Origin: Nostoc sp. DedSLP01
Lineage (GTDB): Bacteria > Cyanobacteriota > Cyanobacteriia > Cyanobacteriales > Nostocaceae
Assembly: GCA_034530875.2 (NCBI GenBank)
Contig: JAVRCJ020000005.1
Location: 128,001 to 192,000 of the forward strand
Direction: 5' to 3'
Length of the DNA stretch: 64,000 bases
The notes under the pieces were generated by a model that saw only the letters and a program-made list of their open reading frames with translations, was not told the DNA's origin and searched no databases. The translations under genes were made by a program, and so were the position numbers. Positions 20,956 through 30,807 of the stretch are shown here, one piece after another; position 1 is the stretch's first letter, and every line of letters starts with the position of its first letter.

Positions 20956-21198
20956 TGATGATATTCCTAAAACTTGGTGTCAAAATTTTAATCACTTTCA
21001 TTTATCATTTTGACAAAAAAAAGCATTTGATTCTATCGTTTAGTTTGCCTAAAGTATAAATCAAAGCTTTCTACGTAGTTATTGGTCATTGGTTATTGGT
21101 CATTAGTGATTATTCATTAGTTATTTGTAAATAGATTGATGCCCTATGCCATTTGCCCCATACCCAATTACCAAGTATCAAAATAAGGACTTGTACAG

Positions 21199-21897
21199 AT
21201 GAGCGGTTTAGCCACTGCAATTACCACAGGAATCACGGCATTCAGTGCCACCAATATTGACGATATTGTGATTTTGACTTTGCTTTTTTCACAAGTAAAT
21301 AAAACTTTCCGCAGTCGTCACATTATTGCCGGTCAGTATCTTGGTTTTGCTGCACTGATTGCCGCTAGCCTTCCAGGTTTTTTGGGTGGACTAATTATAC
21401 CGCAGTCGTGGATTAGACTACTTGGTTTAATGCCAATAATTATTGGTATGAGTAGTTTACTCAAACGCGAAGAGGATTCACAAGACGAAGCTACAGAAGA
21501 AACTGAGCCTGCTTGTCCCTCTGTAATTAGCAGTTTTCTCTCTCCCCAAACATGTAATGTAGCTGCGATCGCCTTTGCTAATGGTAGTGATAATATCAGC
21601 GTTTACGTACCTTTATTTGCCAACTCGGAATTAGAAACTCTATTGCCAATTTTGGGCGTATTCTTTTCTTTGGTGGGCGTCTGGTGTTATACAGCTTACA
21701 AGTTAACTTATTTACCAGCGATCGCTCAATTTTTAACTGAGAATGGCAAGAGTTTTATGCCTTGTATCTTGGTTGGCTTGGGTGTGTTTATTGTCTCAGA
21801 AAATGTTGCTTGGACTCTTTTATCTGTAGTTTCTAGTTATTTATTTTCCTTTATTTTGAACAGGGTACAGAATTGTGGAGTCAGAATAGTTGAATAA
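21199..21897 (+). CDS. Cadmium resistance transporter (CadD) family
   Basis: ATNIDDIVIL, GQYLGF and ANGSDNISVYVPLF motifs. Confidence 0.9.
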   Translation: MSGLATAITTGITAFSATNIDDIVILTLLFSQVNKTFRSRHIIAGQYLGFAALIAASLPGFLGGLIIPQSWIRLLGLMPIIIGMSSLLKREEDSQDEATEETEPACPSVISSFLSPQTCNVAAIAFANGSDNISVYVPLFANSELETLLPILGVFFSLVGVWCYTAYKLTYLPAIAQFLTENGKSFMPCILVGLGVFIVSENVAWTLLSVVSSYLFSFILNRVQNCGVRIVE

Positions 21898-22281
21898 GAA
21901 ACCAGAATTCAGAAGTCAGAACTAATGAGTTTAGATTGAGAATTGCTTATCGATCTACCAGGAACTACAAATTCAATTGAAAAACTCTTGAATCTGACAC
22001 CTTTATCTATTTGAACAATCAACTAAGTATTTGATAGATAAGTAGATTATGCATCATAACAATCTGTAAAATTATGACTTTTTAATTCTGAATTTTTCTC
22101 AAAACAATCGGGTCTAAAATCTCCCCTTTTAAGGCGAAAAGTTTTGGGAATGGGGTATAAATCCTCGTTACAAAACGGCCTTCTGCCGACGCTCGCGGAC
22201 TCGCTAACGCTGCGCTATCCTGCCTCCTGCCTTCGTTAAAACACTCTTCCAAATGAAATATTCATCAACAGGAATCTAATC

Positions 22282-22938
22282 ATGAAAATCTGGAAATCTC
22301 TGCTAATTGTTTTGATGATTTTTGCTAATTTAGCCTTTGCTCAACCTTCTTTTGCTGATAGGCCAAAATTTAGCGAAAACCCTGATTATGTCGAGGTTAC
22401 CAAAGCAATTAAGCAACTCACTCAGGCAAAAAAAGCCAAAAATCAACTCGTAGGTGTTACACCAGGAGAAATTCAACAGAAAATTGATGAATTAGAATTT
22501 CAAAAATATGCTTTAGAGACAGGAAGTAGCTGGGGTCAATGCGAGAACTACACAGGTAATACTATTGCAGTATACGGCAAACCAGCAAATGAGGAACTGG
22601 ATGATGATGCTGCATACGAGAATGGACTGTATTTTCTAGCCGATGGTCAGTCAACTCAAAATAACTGGGATTGTGATGGATTCTATCTGCCAAATGATGC
22701 GAAGCTTGCAGCTTTCACCCCAGACGGTAAAACTCAAGAATTGACACAACCGACAGCTATAAAAATACCTGATGGTAGCAAGTTAACGATTAAAAGCAAT
22801 CCTGATACTGGTGCGCTGGAAATCAACATTCCTAATGCTCAAATTGTCACAGCTAATGATGTGAACTGGTTTATTCCGAATGTAGCGCAGGCTTTAATAG
22901 ATACACGAGTTCCTAATGCGCCTACCCAAGAATCTTAA
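22282..22938 (+). CDS. Secreted hypothetical protein
   Basis: AGGA RBS, signal peptide ending AQPSFA; two Cys (WGQCEN, WDCDG). Confidence 0.75.
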   Translation: MKIWKSLLIVLMIFANLAFAQPSFADRPKFSENPDYVEVTKAIKQLTQAKKAKNQLVGVTPGEIQQKIDELEFQKYALETGSSWGQCENYTGNTIAVYGKPANEELDDDAAYENGLYFLADGQSTQNNWDCDGFYLPNDAKLAAFTPDGKTQELTQPTAIKIPDGSKLTIKSNPDTGALEINIPNAQIVTANDVNWFIPNVAQALIDTRVPNAPTQES

Positions 22939-23316
22939 ATCGCTCAACAGTAGATAGTTACTGCAATCTGGTTCTCAACGATTGCTCTCAAATTTAACAG
23001 GTTAACAGCCAAAATCAGAGATAAAAAAGCACGAGCTCTAGTGAAAAATCTCTCTGAGGTTGGCTGTTTTTTTTTATAAATTACTATTGACCGTTGCTTA
23101 AAAGATTGATTTTGATGTGGCATCGTAGCTGAGGTCACACTACTTGAGAAAAATCGAAAATTTCAGTTAAAATAAACCTAGAAAAAAATGTACGATCGCA
23201 ATAAATATATTTCACTAGCACAATTAGCGCGTTCAGTGCAAGTCATCTGGAAGGAGATTTGTTATCACTTTCGCGTTTTTTGGAGAGGTACATCTTTCGG
23301 CATAAAGGTATTATTA

Positions 23317-23745
23317 ATGCAGTTAAAATCTAAACCCACAGAAGAAAATAAAGAGCAAAAGAAACCAGGACGGCTGAATCCATCTCGCATCCGAGACCAC
23401 TTGGCAAATGAGCGTACATACCTGGCTTGGATGCGGACAGGGATTGCTCTTTTGGGTTTTGGTGTAGTCATTGTGCGCCTGCGGGCTTTCCAAATACCTT
23501 TAGTACCCCGTCCTGGCAATGGTTGGAAGTTAGGTTTAGTCTTCTCGCTGGTGGGTTTGATTACCGTGTGGCTGTCAACGGGACATTATTTTGCTGTCCG
23601 CCGCGATATTGAAGAAGATACTTACGAACCAACAGACCGCTGGGTGTTACTGTTCAGTTTGGCTGTGATGATTCTCGGTGCTGGAGTCATCTATTTTGTG
23701 TTTACAACTTCTTTAGATCCAACGAGTCCAATTATTGCTGAGTAA
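23317..23745 (+). CDS. YidH/DUF202 membrane protein
   Basis: RDHLANERTYLAWMRTGIAL signature; start chosen at MQLK. Confidence 0.9.
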   Translation: MQLKSKPTEENKEQKKPGRLNPSRIRDHLANERTYLAWMRTGIALLGFGVVIVRLRAFQIPLVPRPGNGWKLGLVFSLVGLITVWLSTGHYFAVRRDIEEDTYEPTDRWVLLFSLAVMILGAGVIYFVFTTSLDPTSPIIAE

Positions 23746-23861
23746 GTAGGGCGACGGAAATAAAGCTAATTGGCTGTGATTGTCATTAGTCATTGAGATA
23801 CTGAATTCTGACTCCTAAATTCTGAAGTCTGAATTCTGACTCCTGACTCCTGAATTCCTCT

Positions 23862-24584
23862 TTAAAACCGCACTTTATACAACTCGAATAATTCGCCTGA
23901 TTTCTGGGTTATGATTTTAGCGCCAGCAGCTTTAATTGTTTTTTCCCACTCAGCTAGAGGTTCTAAAAATACCTCAGCACCTAAATAAGTTTCCAGAACT
24001 GCCCAATCTTCAGCTAAAGGCTGTTCTGGATTGAGGACATCAAATACAAAATTTCCGCCTGGTTTTAGGACTCGTTTCACTTCTGTGAGGACAGTCTTCC
24101 AGTATTCGAGTGGAAAATAACAGCTAAATCCCGTGGCGATCGCCAAGTCAAATTGAGCCGATGAATAGTTTAGATCGTGAGCTGCTCCCAATTCAACACC
24201 TTTAAATAGCTTAGAATTCAACTGCGGGCCGCGAGAATTGAGAATATCTCGCGCTACATTACTGATTTCTTGCCCATAAAAAAATGCTTGCCAATCTCGC
24301 CAAGGATAAATTAACAAACTGACACCGCAGCCAATATCCAAACAGTGCTGATTTTTTTGAGGTTTGGCAACTTCCCAAAACGGAGAAGCAATTCTGCCGG
24401 AAAAATTGCCACTAGCCCACTCGCGAAAGATTGGCATTGCTTGAACTTCGGCTGGGAGTTCGGCGTGTTGACCTTGGTATTCTCTGTTGAAGCGATAGGC
24501 AACTTGTGTTAATCTTTCTTGCCAGTTGCTTGATTTGTGGGTGGCAAAGAGATTTTGTAACTGGGAATCGGGCTTTTTAGACAT
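23862..24584 (-). CDS. Class I SAM-dependent methyltransferase
   Basis: CLDIGCG motif I, FDLAI, EVKRVLKPGG. Confidence 0.88.
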   Translation of the reverse strand: MSKKPDSQLQNLFATHKSSNWQERLTQVAYRFNREYQGQHAELPAEVQAMPIFREWASGNFSGRIASPFWEVAKPQKNQHCLDIGCGVSLLIYPWRDWQAFFYGQEISNVARDILNSRGPQLNSKLFKGVELGAAHDLNYSSAQFDLAIATGFSCYFPLEYWKTVLTEVKRVLKPGGNFVFDVLNPEQPLAEDWAVLETYLGAEVFLEPLAEWEKTIKAAGAKIITQKSGELFELYKVRF

Positions 24585-24648
24585 GAAATTTTTGGTACTC
24601 TTTCTAAGGATTGTATGCAAATTCCCTTGGCGATCGCATCCCTATCAA

Positions 24649-24773
24649 TAGACTTCTTGCAGAAGTAGGGAAAAGGGTAAGGGGGAAAGGGAAAAGGGAT
24701 AAGAAAAAACGCTTTCCCTTTTACATGCATCCTTTTGCCCCAAGAGTGCAAAACTCTTTTTGCAAGAGGTCTA
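24649..24773. mobile_element. MITE-like repeat, copy 1
   Basis: Ends TAGACTTCTTGCA / TGCAAGAGGTCTA (13-bp TIR, 1 mismatch); interior matches the reverse complement of about 46703-46819. Confidence 0.75.
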
Positions 24774-24953
24774 ATATCCGATAAGTCAATACCGTTGAGT
24801 TAAGCTTTTTTCTCCTCCCCTGCCCCCTCTGCCCCCTTGCCCTTTTCCCTTCAACCTAAAAGTATTGCGAGTTTTTCCGACTTGCGATCGGTAACCAAGC
24901 TGCCAAAAACTGCTACTGTAATTTGATACAGCAACCTGCACGGAGAACCGAAT

Positions 24954-27479
24954 ATGACATCTCCAGAAACGGTTACATGGTTAGAAGAACGCACCACTTT
25001 CGGAAGTCTCTCACCTGAAGTGTTGAATGCGATCGCCCAAGCCATTGAAGAACGAGTTGTTCCAGCACAAGCACACCTTGTTGAAGAAGGCACTCCTCCA
25101 GAAGCACTTTACATTCTCATAGATGGTCAACTTGAGTGCGACAATACTAATCACCGCAACTCAGCTTTAGTTCGGGGATTTCTGCCTGGAGCAGTGATTC
25201 ACCTCCAAGAGTTAGTATTAGATGAATTAGCCACATTCACCATTGTCACCCTTACAGAATGCCATTTGTGGGTTGTACCTGCTGACAAATTTCGAGAATT
25301 AGTCAACCAATACCCAGAAATTGCTCAGGGTTTTTCCCGTCAATTAGCTCAAGAGTTAGCTCAAGTTACCTCTGCACTTGGCTACGAACAAGAACGTTCC
25401 ATAGCTTTGCGACCATATTTAGTTACCAAAGCGCAACGGGGAATTATCGGTACAAGTCGCTATGCAGTACGTCTGCGGGAGCAAATTCGAGAAGCCGCCA
25501 ATGACCGCAAATCTGTAGATATTTTCGGCGAACCAGGATTAGAAAAAGACAATATAGCAGCTTTAATTCACTTTGGTTCTCCCAAAAGACGAGAACCAAT
25601 TATTAAAGTCAATTGTGGTATTCTGCAAACCAGTGGTGCAGATTTATTTGGTCGCGTTGGCGGTAAACCAGGACTGTTGGAATGGCTGGGAGAAGGTACG
25701 CTAGTTTTCAACAACATCCAAGAATTACCCAAAGAGTTATTACCTGCTGTCACGGAGTTGGTAAAAACTGGTACATATACCCCCGTCACTCGTCCGGGAG
25801 AAGCAGAAGCCGAACCTCGTCCTAGTAAAGCGCGGATTCTGATCGTTTCGGAAAAAGCTCAGCCCACAATCGATCGCTCCGTTGGTCATATTATTAAAGT
25901 ACCGCCGCTACGAGTGCGAAAAGCTGATATTCAAGCCCAAGTAGACTACTATATCAGTCTCTACGTCCGCGCTAGAGGCGTTCCCAAACCGCACATTACC
26001 CCAGAAGCTTTGCGCCGTTTACAGTCTTACGATTTCCCTGGGAATCTCAAAGAATTAAAAAATCTGGTAGAAAGAGCGATCGTCCAAGCTGAAAATGCTA
26101 GCGAATTAACAGAAGAAATCTTTTGGCCAGCCGAAGCAAAGAAAAAAAGATTTCGAGCCAATCTTTTAAATGTTTATCCCAATTTACGCAAATTTTTGCG
26201 GAGTCCCTGGTGGCCGGATCGGATTAACTATGGTTTTACTGCAACGGCTTTTGCAATTATTGTGGCGATATTATTTATCGGCCCGCAAACCCGCGATCGC
26301 AATTTCGTTTTAAATTTATTTTGGGCTTGGTGGTGGCCTTTTTTCTTATTTCTCTTTCCTTTTTTAGGACGTATCTGGTGTTCTGTTTGTCCGTTCATGA
26401 TTTACGGAGAAATTACCCAAAAATTATCTTTATGGCTCTGGCCGCGAAAACTCAAACGCTGGCCGAGAGAGAAAGCCGAAAAATGGGGCGGATGGTTTCT
26501 GTTTGGGCTATTTACCTTAATTTTCTTATGGGAAGAACTCTGGCATTTAGAAAATACAGCTTACCTCAGCGCTTGTTTGCTATTATTAATTACCGCAGGA
26601 GCGATGATATTTTCTGCTATTTTCGAGCGCCGATTTTGGTGTCGATATCTCTGTCCCATTGGCGGCATGAATGGTTTATTTGCCAAACTTTCAATGACAG
26701 AACTTCGCGCACAGCAAGGCATTTGTTCTGCCAGTTGTACTACTTATCAATGCTATAAAGGAGGGCCGCAAAAAGGCGAAGGGATGGAAACTAATGGATG
26801 TCCCTTGTATTCTCACCCGGCGCAGTTAGAAGACAATAGAGATTGCGTCTTGTGCATGACTTGTCTTAAAGCTTGTCCCCATCGTTCCGTAGAATTTAAC
26901 TTGCGTCCTCCTGGTATTGAATTGTGGACAACCCATATACCCCACACTTATGAAGTAGCATTGTTGTTTTTGTTGTTAGGAGGAATATATCTGCATCGCT
27001 TGCCAGAGTTGCAATCTTGGTTAGGGTTACAACTAGATTTAACTAATTTTTGGCAACATTTAGGATTATCGCTGCTAGTGTTAATTATTCCGGCAGCTTT
27101 TGTCTTCGCTGCTTATGGGTTGCTGCGAATATTCAACTTTAACCGGAAGCCAAAACCATTTGTAGAGCTTGCATATAGCTATTTACCATTAGTTTTGGGG
27201 GGAAACTTGGCTCATTATCTGCGTTTAGGCTTAAGCGAAGGCGGACGCATTTTACCTGTGACTTTTGCTACTATTGGCTTGAATGGCGAACAATTACCAA
27301 TGTTAGTAGCTCATCCTGCTGTGATTAGCTTTTTACAAGGTGCAACTTTAATATTTTCGGTTTTATTAACGATATTATTAACGCAAAAAATTGCACGGCA
27401 ATCACTGATATCATTGCTTTGGCAACATTTAGCAGCGATCGCTTTGGGTGTTAGTATGTGGGCAATTATTGTGTTTTAA
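24954..27479 (+). CDS. cNMP-binding + degenerate sigma54-activator-type AAA+ + membrane 4Fe-4S binding domain protein
   Basis: cNMP-like N-terminus; GEPGLEK, VPPLRVR, YDFPGNLKELKNLVER; GRIWCSVCP, RFWCRYLCPIG, CVLCMTCLKACP with TM helices. Confidence 0.88.
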   Translation: MTSPETVTWLEERTTFGSLSPEVLNAIAQAIEERVVPAQAHLVEEGTPPEALYILIDGQLECDNTNHRNSALVRGFLPGAVIHLQELVLDELATFTIVTLTECHLWVVPADKFRELVNQYPEIAQGFSRQLAQELAQVTSALGYEQERSIALRPYLVTKAQRGIIGTSRYAVRLREQIREAANDRKSVDIFGEPGLEKDNIAALIHFGSPKRREPIIKVNCGILQTSGADLFGRVGGKPGLLEWLGEGTLVFNNIQELPKELLPAVTELVKTGTYTPVTRPGEAEAEPRPSKARILIVSEKAQPTIDRSVGHIIKVPPLRVRKADIQAQVDYYISLYVRARGVPKPHITPEALRRLQSYDFPGNLKELKNLVERAIVQAENASELTEEIFWPAEAKKKRFRANLLNVYPNLRKFLRSPWWPDRINYGFTATAFAIIVAILFIGPQTRDRNFVLNLFWAWWWPFFLFLFPFLGRIWCSVCPFMIYGEITQKLSLWLWPRKLKRWPREKAEKWGGWFLFGLFTLIFLWEELWHLENTAYLSACLLLLITAGAMIFSAIFERRFWCRYLCPIGGMNGLFAKLSMTELRAQQGICSASCTTYQCYKGGPQKGEGMETNGCPLYSHPAQLEDNRDCVLCMTCLKACPHRSVEFNLRPPGIELWTTHIPHTYEVALLFLLLGGIYLHRLPELQSWLGLQLDLTNFWQHLGLSLLVLIIPAAFVFAAYGLLRIFNFNRKPKPFVELAYSYLPLVLGGNLAHYLRLGLSEGGRILPVTFATIGLNGEQLPMLVAHPAVISFLQGATLIFSVLLTILLTQKIARQSLISLLWQHLAAIALGVSMWAIIVF

Positions 27480-27489
27480 GAGTTAGCCT

Positions 27490-27534
27490 GGAGCATTGCC
27501 AAAGCCACAAGCTTTGTGTGGTGATGCTCCTTTT
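27490..27534 (+). terminator. Probable intrinsic terminator
   Basis: GGAGCATTGCC...GGTGATGCTCC stem (with G-U pairs) followed by TTTT just after the stop codon. Confidence 0.5.
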
Positions 27535-27684
27535 GCTACTCTAATGCATTAAACCAGGCTTGTATCACTTTTTGCCGAAAATCATCACTATAAGCTTTAG
27601 CCATTGAAATGGGGGTAGACGCTATGGCAACTATTTTACTTTACGTCCTAACTTATGTGGCTATAGCTATAACTTTTAATGAGA

Positions 27685-30600
27685 TTACTTTTTAAGTAAT
27701 TCTACAATCGTTGCGATTAAATCTTCTGGTTCCACAGGCTTGGAAATATGCCTTTGAAATCCTGCTTTGATTGCCTGGTCTTCATTAATGTCGCCAGCAT
27801 AGGCAGTCAAAGCGATCGCTTTTACATTCCCTCCCTGTGCTGGCGGCAGATTTCTCACCTGTTGCATCAGCATATAACCATCAATTTGGGGCATTCCAAT
27901 GTCGCTCAACAATACATCTGGTTTGAAGTGTGCTAAAGTTTTTAATGCTTCAGTGGCAGAATCCACTTGTACCACAAAAGCGCCTTCCTGCTCTAATACA
28001 AACGCCACGAACTCACGACTATCAGCATCATCGTCCACCACTAACACTTTGATGCCACTTAAGTCTAATACTTCCTCGATTTGCTTACCATCGCCATCGA
28101 CTTGCCCTTGAGTCAGCATTAGCGGTAACCCGACTATAAAAGTTGCTCCTAATCCTTCCCCTAAACTCTGGGCGCAGACAGTGCCACCATGTAACTCAAC
28201 TAAGCGGCGCACAATTGCCAGCCCTAATCCCAAACCGCCAAATTTTCTAGTAGTCGTACTATCAGCTTGACGAAAATAATCAAATACGAATGGGAGAAAC
28301 TGGGGTGAAATACCTTGACCGTTATCGTTGACTGTAATTTGAGCTACAGAGTTACAGCGTTCTAGCCTGATTTCTACTTGCCCTCCTGAAGGCGTAAATT
28401 TAATGGCATTTGCCAGCAAATTCCAGACAATTTGTTGTAAGCGGCTAGCGTCTCCCGCTACTTGCCCCATATCTGGCTGGAGTATAGTCTGTATTGTAAT
28501 TAACTTAGCCTCTGCTGCCAGTCGTACTGTTTCCATCGCGTTAGCAATTATCGATGCTAAATTTACAGGACTGTTATTCAGATTCAGCTTGCCTTGGAGA
28601 ATGCGCGACACATCCAATAAATCCTCGATTAATTGCGCTTGTAACTTGGCATTGCGCTCGATAGTTTTTAAACCTTCAGTCGTTTTTGCTTGGTCTAATT
28701 TTTTTGATTGCAGTAATCTCGACCATCCCAAAATTGGGTTGAGGGGTGTCCGCAACTCATGGGATAGCACTGCTAGAAATTGATCTTTGATGCGGTTTGC
28801 CTGTTCTGCCTCGGCTCTGGCTTGGCGTTCTGTTTCATATAATTGAGCGCGAACAATTGCCTGAGCGCATTGACGACTCAACGCTAAGACAAATTCGCGG
28901 TCATCCTGACTCAATGGCTGAAATTCTTTAAAAGCTAGGGACAAACCCCCGATCGCTTTGCCCTGAGTTACCAGAGGTATTGACATCCACGAGCTAAAAT
29001 CATAAGCTCTGTAGCCTTGCTCTAAATGAGGATAGCGGCGAACTCTATCTGCCAAGGTTTCTATCCACACTGGTTCTCCAGCGCGGATTGCATCTGCTAG
29101 CGGTACGGGACTATCAATGGGAAATCGCCGCCAACTTTCTAGCGAACCGGTATGATAACCAATGGCTTTGACAATCTCTAGTTCTGTTCTATCTTCACTG
29201 ACCAAAACTACTAAGGCAGAAGCCGCTTCTAATGCAGCCATACTTTGTTCGGCAATTACCTCTGCAACTTGTGATGCAGTCAGGGATTCAGAAAGGGCAG
29301 CTGTAACAGTTTGCAGGCGAGTAGTGCGGTCTGCTGCTTTTTCTGCGGCTTGTCTGGCTTCCTGTGCTGCTTGGTAAAGACGAGCATTATCAATGGCGAT
29401 CGCAGCTCGTTGAGCTAAATCTTCAGCCAAGGCTAAATCCATCATGCTGTAATAACGATTAGACTCGGCAAACACAAAGGAAATAGTTCCTAATACCCGT
29501 TCCCGCGCGATCAAAGGAGCGATAAGACATGACTTTAAGCCTAAATCGCGTAACAGTTGCAAATATTCCAAATCTTGAATGGCATCTCTCAACTGCTCGT
29601 CAGTAATTTCCAGAGCAACTTCCATTTGCCCAGTTTGCATCACCGCAGAGACTCCATAGCCATCATCCAAATGTCTGGGGTAGCGTTGAGCAATTTCCCA
29701 CCCTAGTTTCACCTTTTCAGGGTCAGAATGAGCAACAGCTACGCGGCTGATAGTGCCATCTTCATTTAGCAAATCAATGCTACACCAGTCACCAAAATAA
29801 GGGACAGCTAAATTAGCGATGCTTTTGAGGGTTTGTTCGTAGTCCAAGGAAGATGCCAAGGTAGCGCTGACTTCAGCCAGAAAAGCTGACTGCTGCTGTG
29901 CTGCTTGAGCTGCGGCACGAGCTACCTGTTCTCGCACGAGTTGGACTCGTTTTTCCTCGGCTTGTTGGCGTAAGCGAAGCTCCTCGAAGACATTGGTGAT
30001 ATCGTGCATCACGACAACAGCACCTTGTTTGTTACCATTGGCATCTACAATTGCTTGCCCGTTAGCACTGAGGATGCGCGCTACTCCTTGCTTTGGCACG
30101 ATCGCCATTTCTAAATTTTTCACCTGCTCTCCTTGTAATGCCCGAAACAAGGGAATATCGGCTGTGTTCATTGGCGTCTTGCCATCTGGCAAATACAAAT
30201 CGTACTGTTTTGCCCATTCTTCTGGCAAAAGTGGTTCTTCGGGTAGACCGTGAAATAATCTTGCTGCTTGGTTAAATAGCTTTAATCGTCCCTCGGCATC
30301 GCAAGCGACAATTCCGGCTTGCACGTTATCTAACAGAACATTGAGAAAATTTTGTTCTTTTCGCAGCGTTGTTTCTAACTCTTTTTGTTCTGTAATATCT
30401 AAAAAATAGGCTAATACGCCGCTGGCAATTGGAATCAGCCGCACCGCAACAGAGCAAGCCAATGTTGGATAAAACTCCTCAAACTCCACGGTCGCTTGTT
30501 GGCTAATTGCTTGATGATATTGTTGAGATAACTCAGTTTTAGTACCTGGGGGAAATACCTCCCATAATGGTTTACCAAGCAGATTGCCTCGGTTTGTTCC

Positions 30601-30807
30601 CAAAAGCTGTTCTATTTTTTTGTTGACAAAAGTTACATAGCCTGTATTATTTGTCTCGATAGAGGCTTCTGCTATGTTGTCTAAAATGGCTGCTAAACGT
30701 TCTTCTGGGGATTGAGTGCCTGTAACCAAGTGCGGGAAACCTCCAGCAAGTTCTTCCTCTGAGCTAATTTGTTTTAGGCGATCGCTTTTGGGATAAATTT
30801 TTTTCAT
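27685..30807 (-). CDS. Hybrid histidine kinase HK1 (PAS-PAS-GAF-GAF-HisKA-HATPase-REC)
   Basis: LSHELRTPL, NLLANAIKFT, GGLGLGLAIV and LLSDIGMP. Confidence 0.95.
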   Translation of the reverse strand: MKKIYPKSDRLKQISSEEELAGGFPHLVTGTQSPEERLAAILDNIAEASIETNNTGYVTFVNKKIEQLLGTNRGNLLGKPLWEVFPPGTKTELSQQYHQAISQQATVEFEEFYPTLACSVAVRLIPIASGVLAYFLDITEQKELETTLRKEQNFLNVLLDNVQAGIVACDAEGRLKLFNQAARLFHGLPEEPLLPEEWAKQYDLYLPDGKTPMNTADIPLFRALQGEQVKNLEMAIVPKQGVARILSANGQAIVDANGNKQGAVVVMHDITNVFEELRLRQQAEEKRVQLVREQVARAAAQAAQQQSAFLAEVSATLASSLDYEQTLKSIANLAVPYFGDWCSIDLLNEDGTISRVAVAHSDPEKVKLGWEIAQRYPRHLDDGYGVSAVMQTGQMEVALEITDEQLRDAIQDLEYLQLLRDLGLKSCLIAPLIARERVLGTISFVFAESNRYYSMMDLALAEDLAQRAAIAIDNARLYQAAQEARQAAEKAADRTTRLQTVTAALSESLTASQVAEVIAEQSMAALEAASALVVLVSEDRTELEIVKAIGYHTGSLESWRRFPIDSPVPLADAIRAGEPVWIETLADRVRRYPHLEQGYRAYDFSSWMSIPLVTQGKAIGGLSLAFKEFQPLSQDDREFVLALSRQCAQAIVRAQLYETERQARAEAEQANRIKDQFLAVLSHELRTPLNPILGWSRLLQSKKLDQAKTTEGLKTIERNAKLQAQLIEDLLDVSRILQGKLNLNNSPVNLASIIANAMETVRLAAEAKLITIQTILQPDMGQVAGDASRLQQIVWNLLANAIKFTPSGGQVEIRLERCNSVAQITVNDNGQGISPQFLPFVFDYFRQADSTTTRKFGGLGLGLAIVRRLVELHGGTVCAQSLGEGLGATFIVGLPLMLTQGQVDGDGKQIEEVLDLSGIKVLVVDDDADSREFVAFVLEQEGAFVVQVDSATEALKTLAHFKPDVLLSDIGMPQIDGYMLMQQVRNLPPAQGGNVKAIALTAYAGDINEDQAIKAGFQRHISKPVEPEDLIATIVELLKK

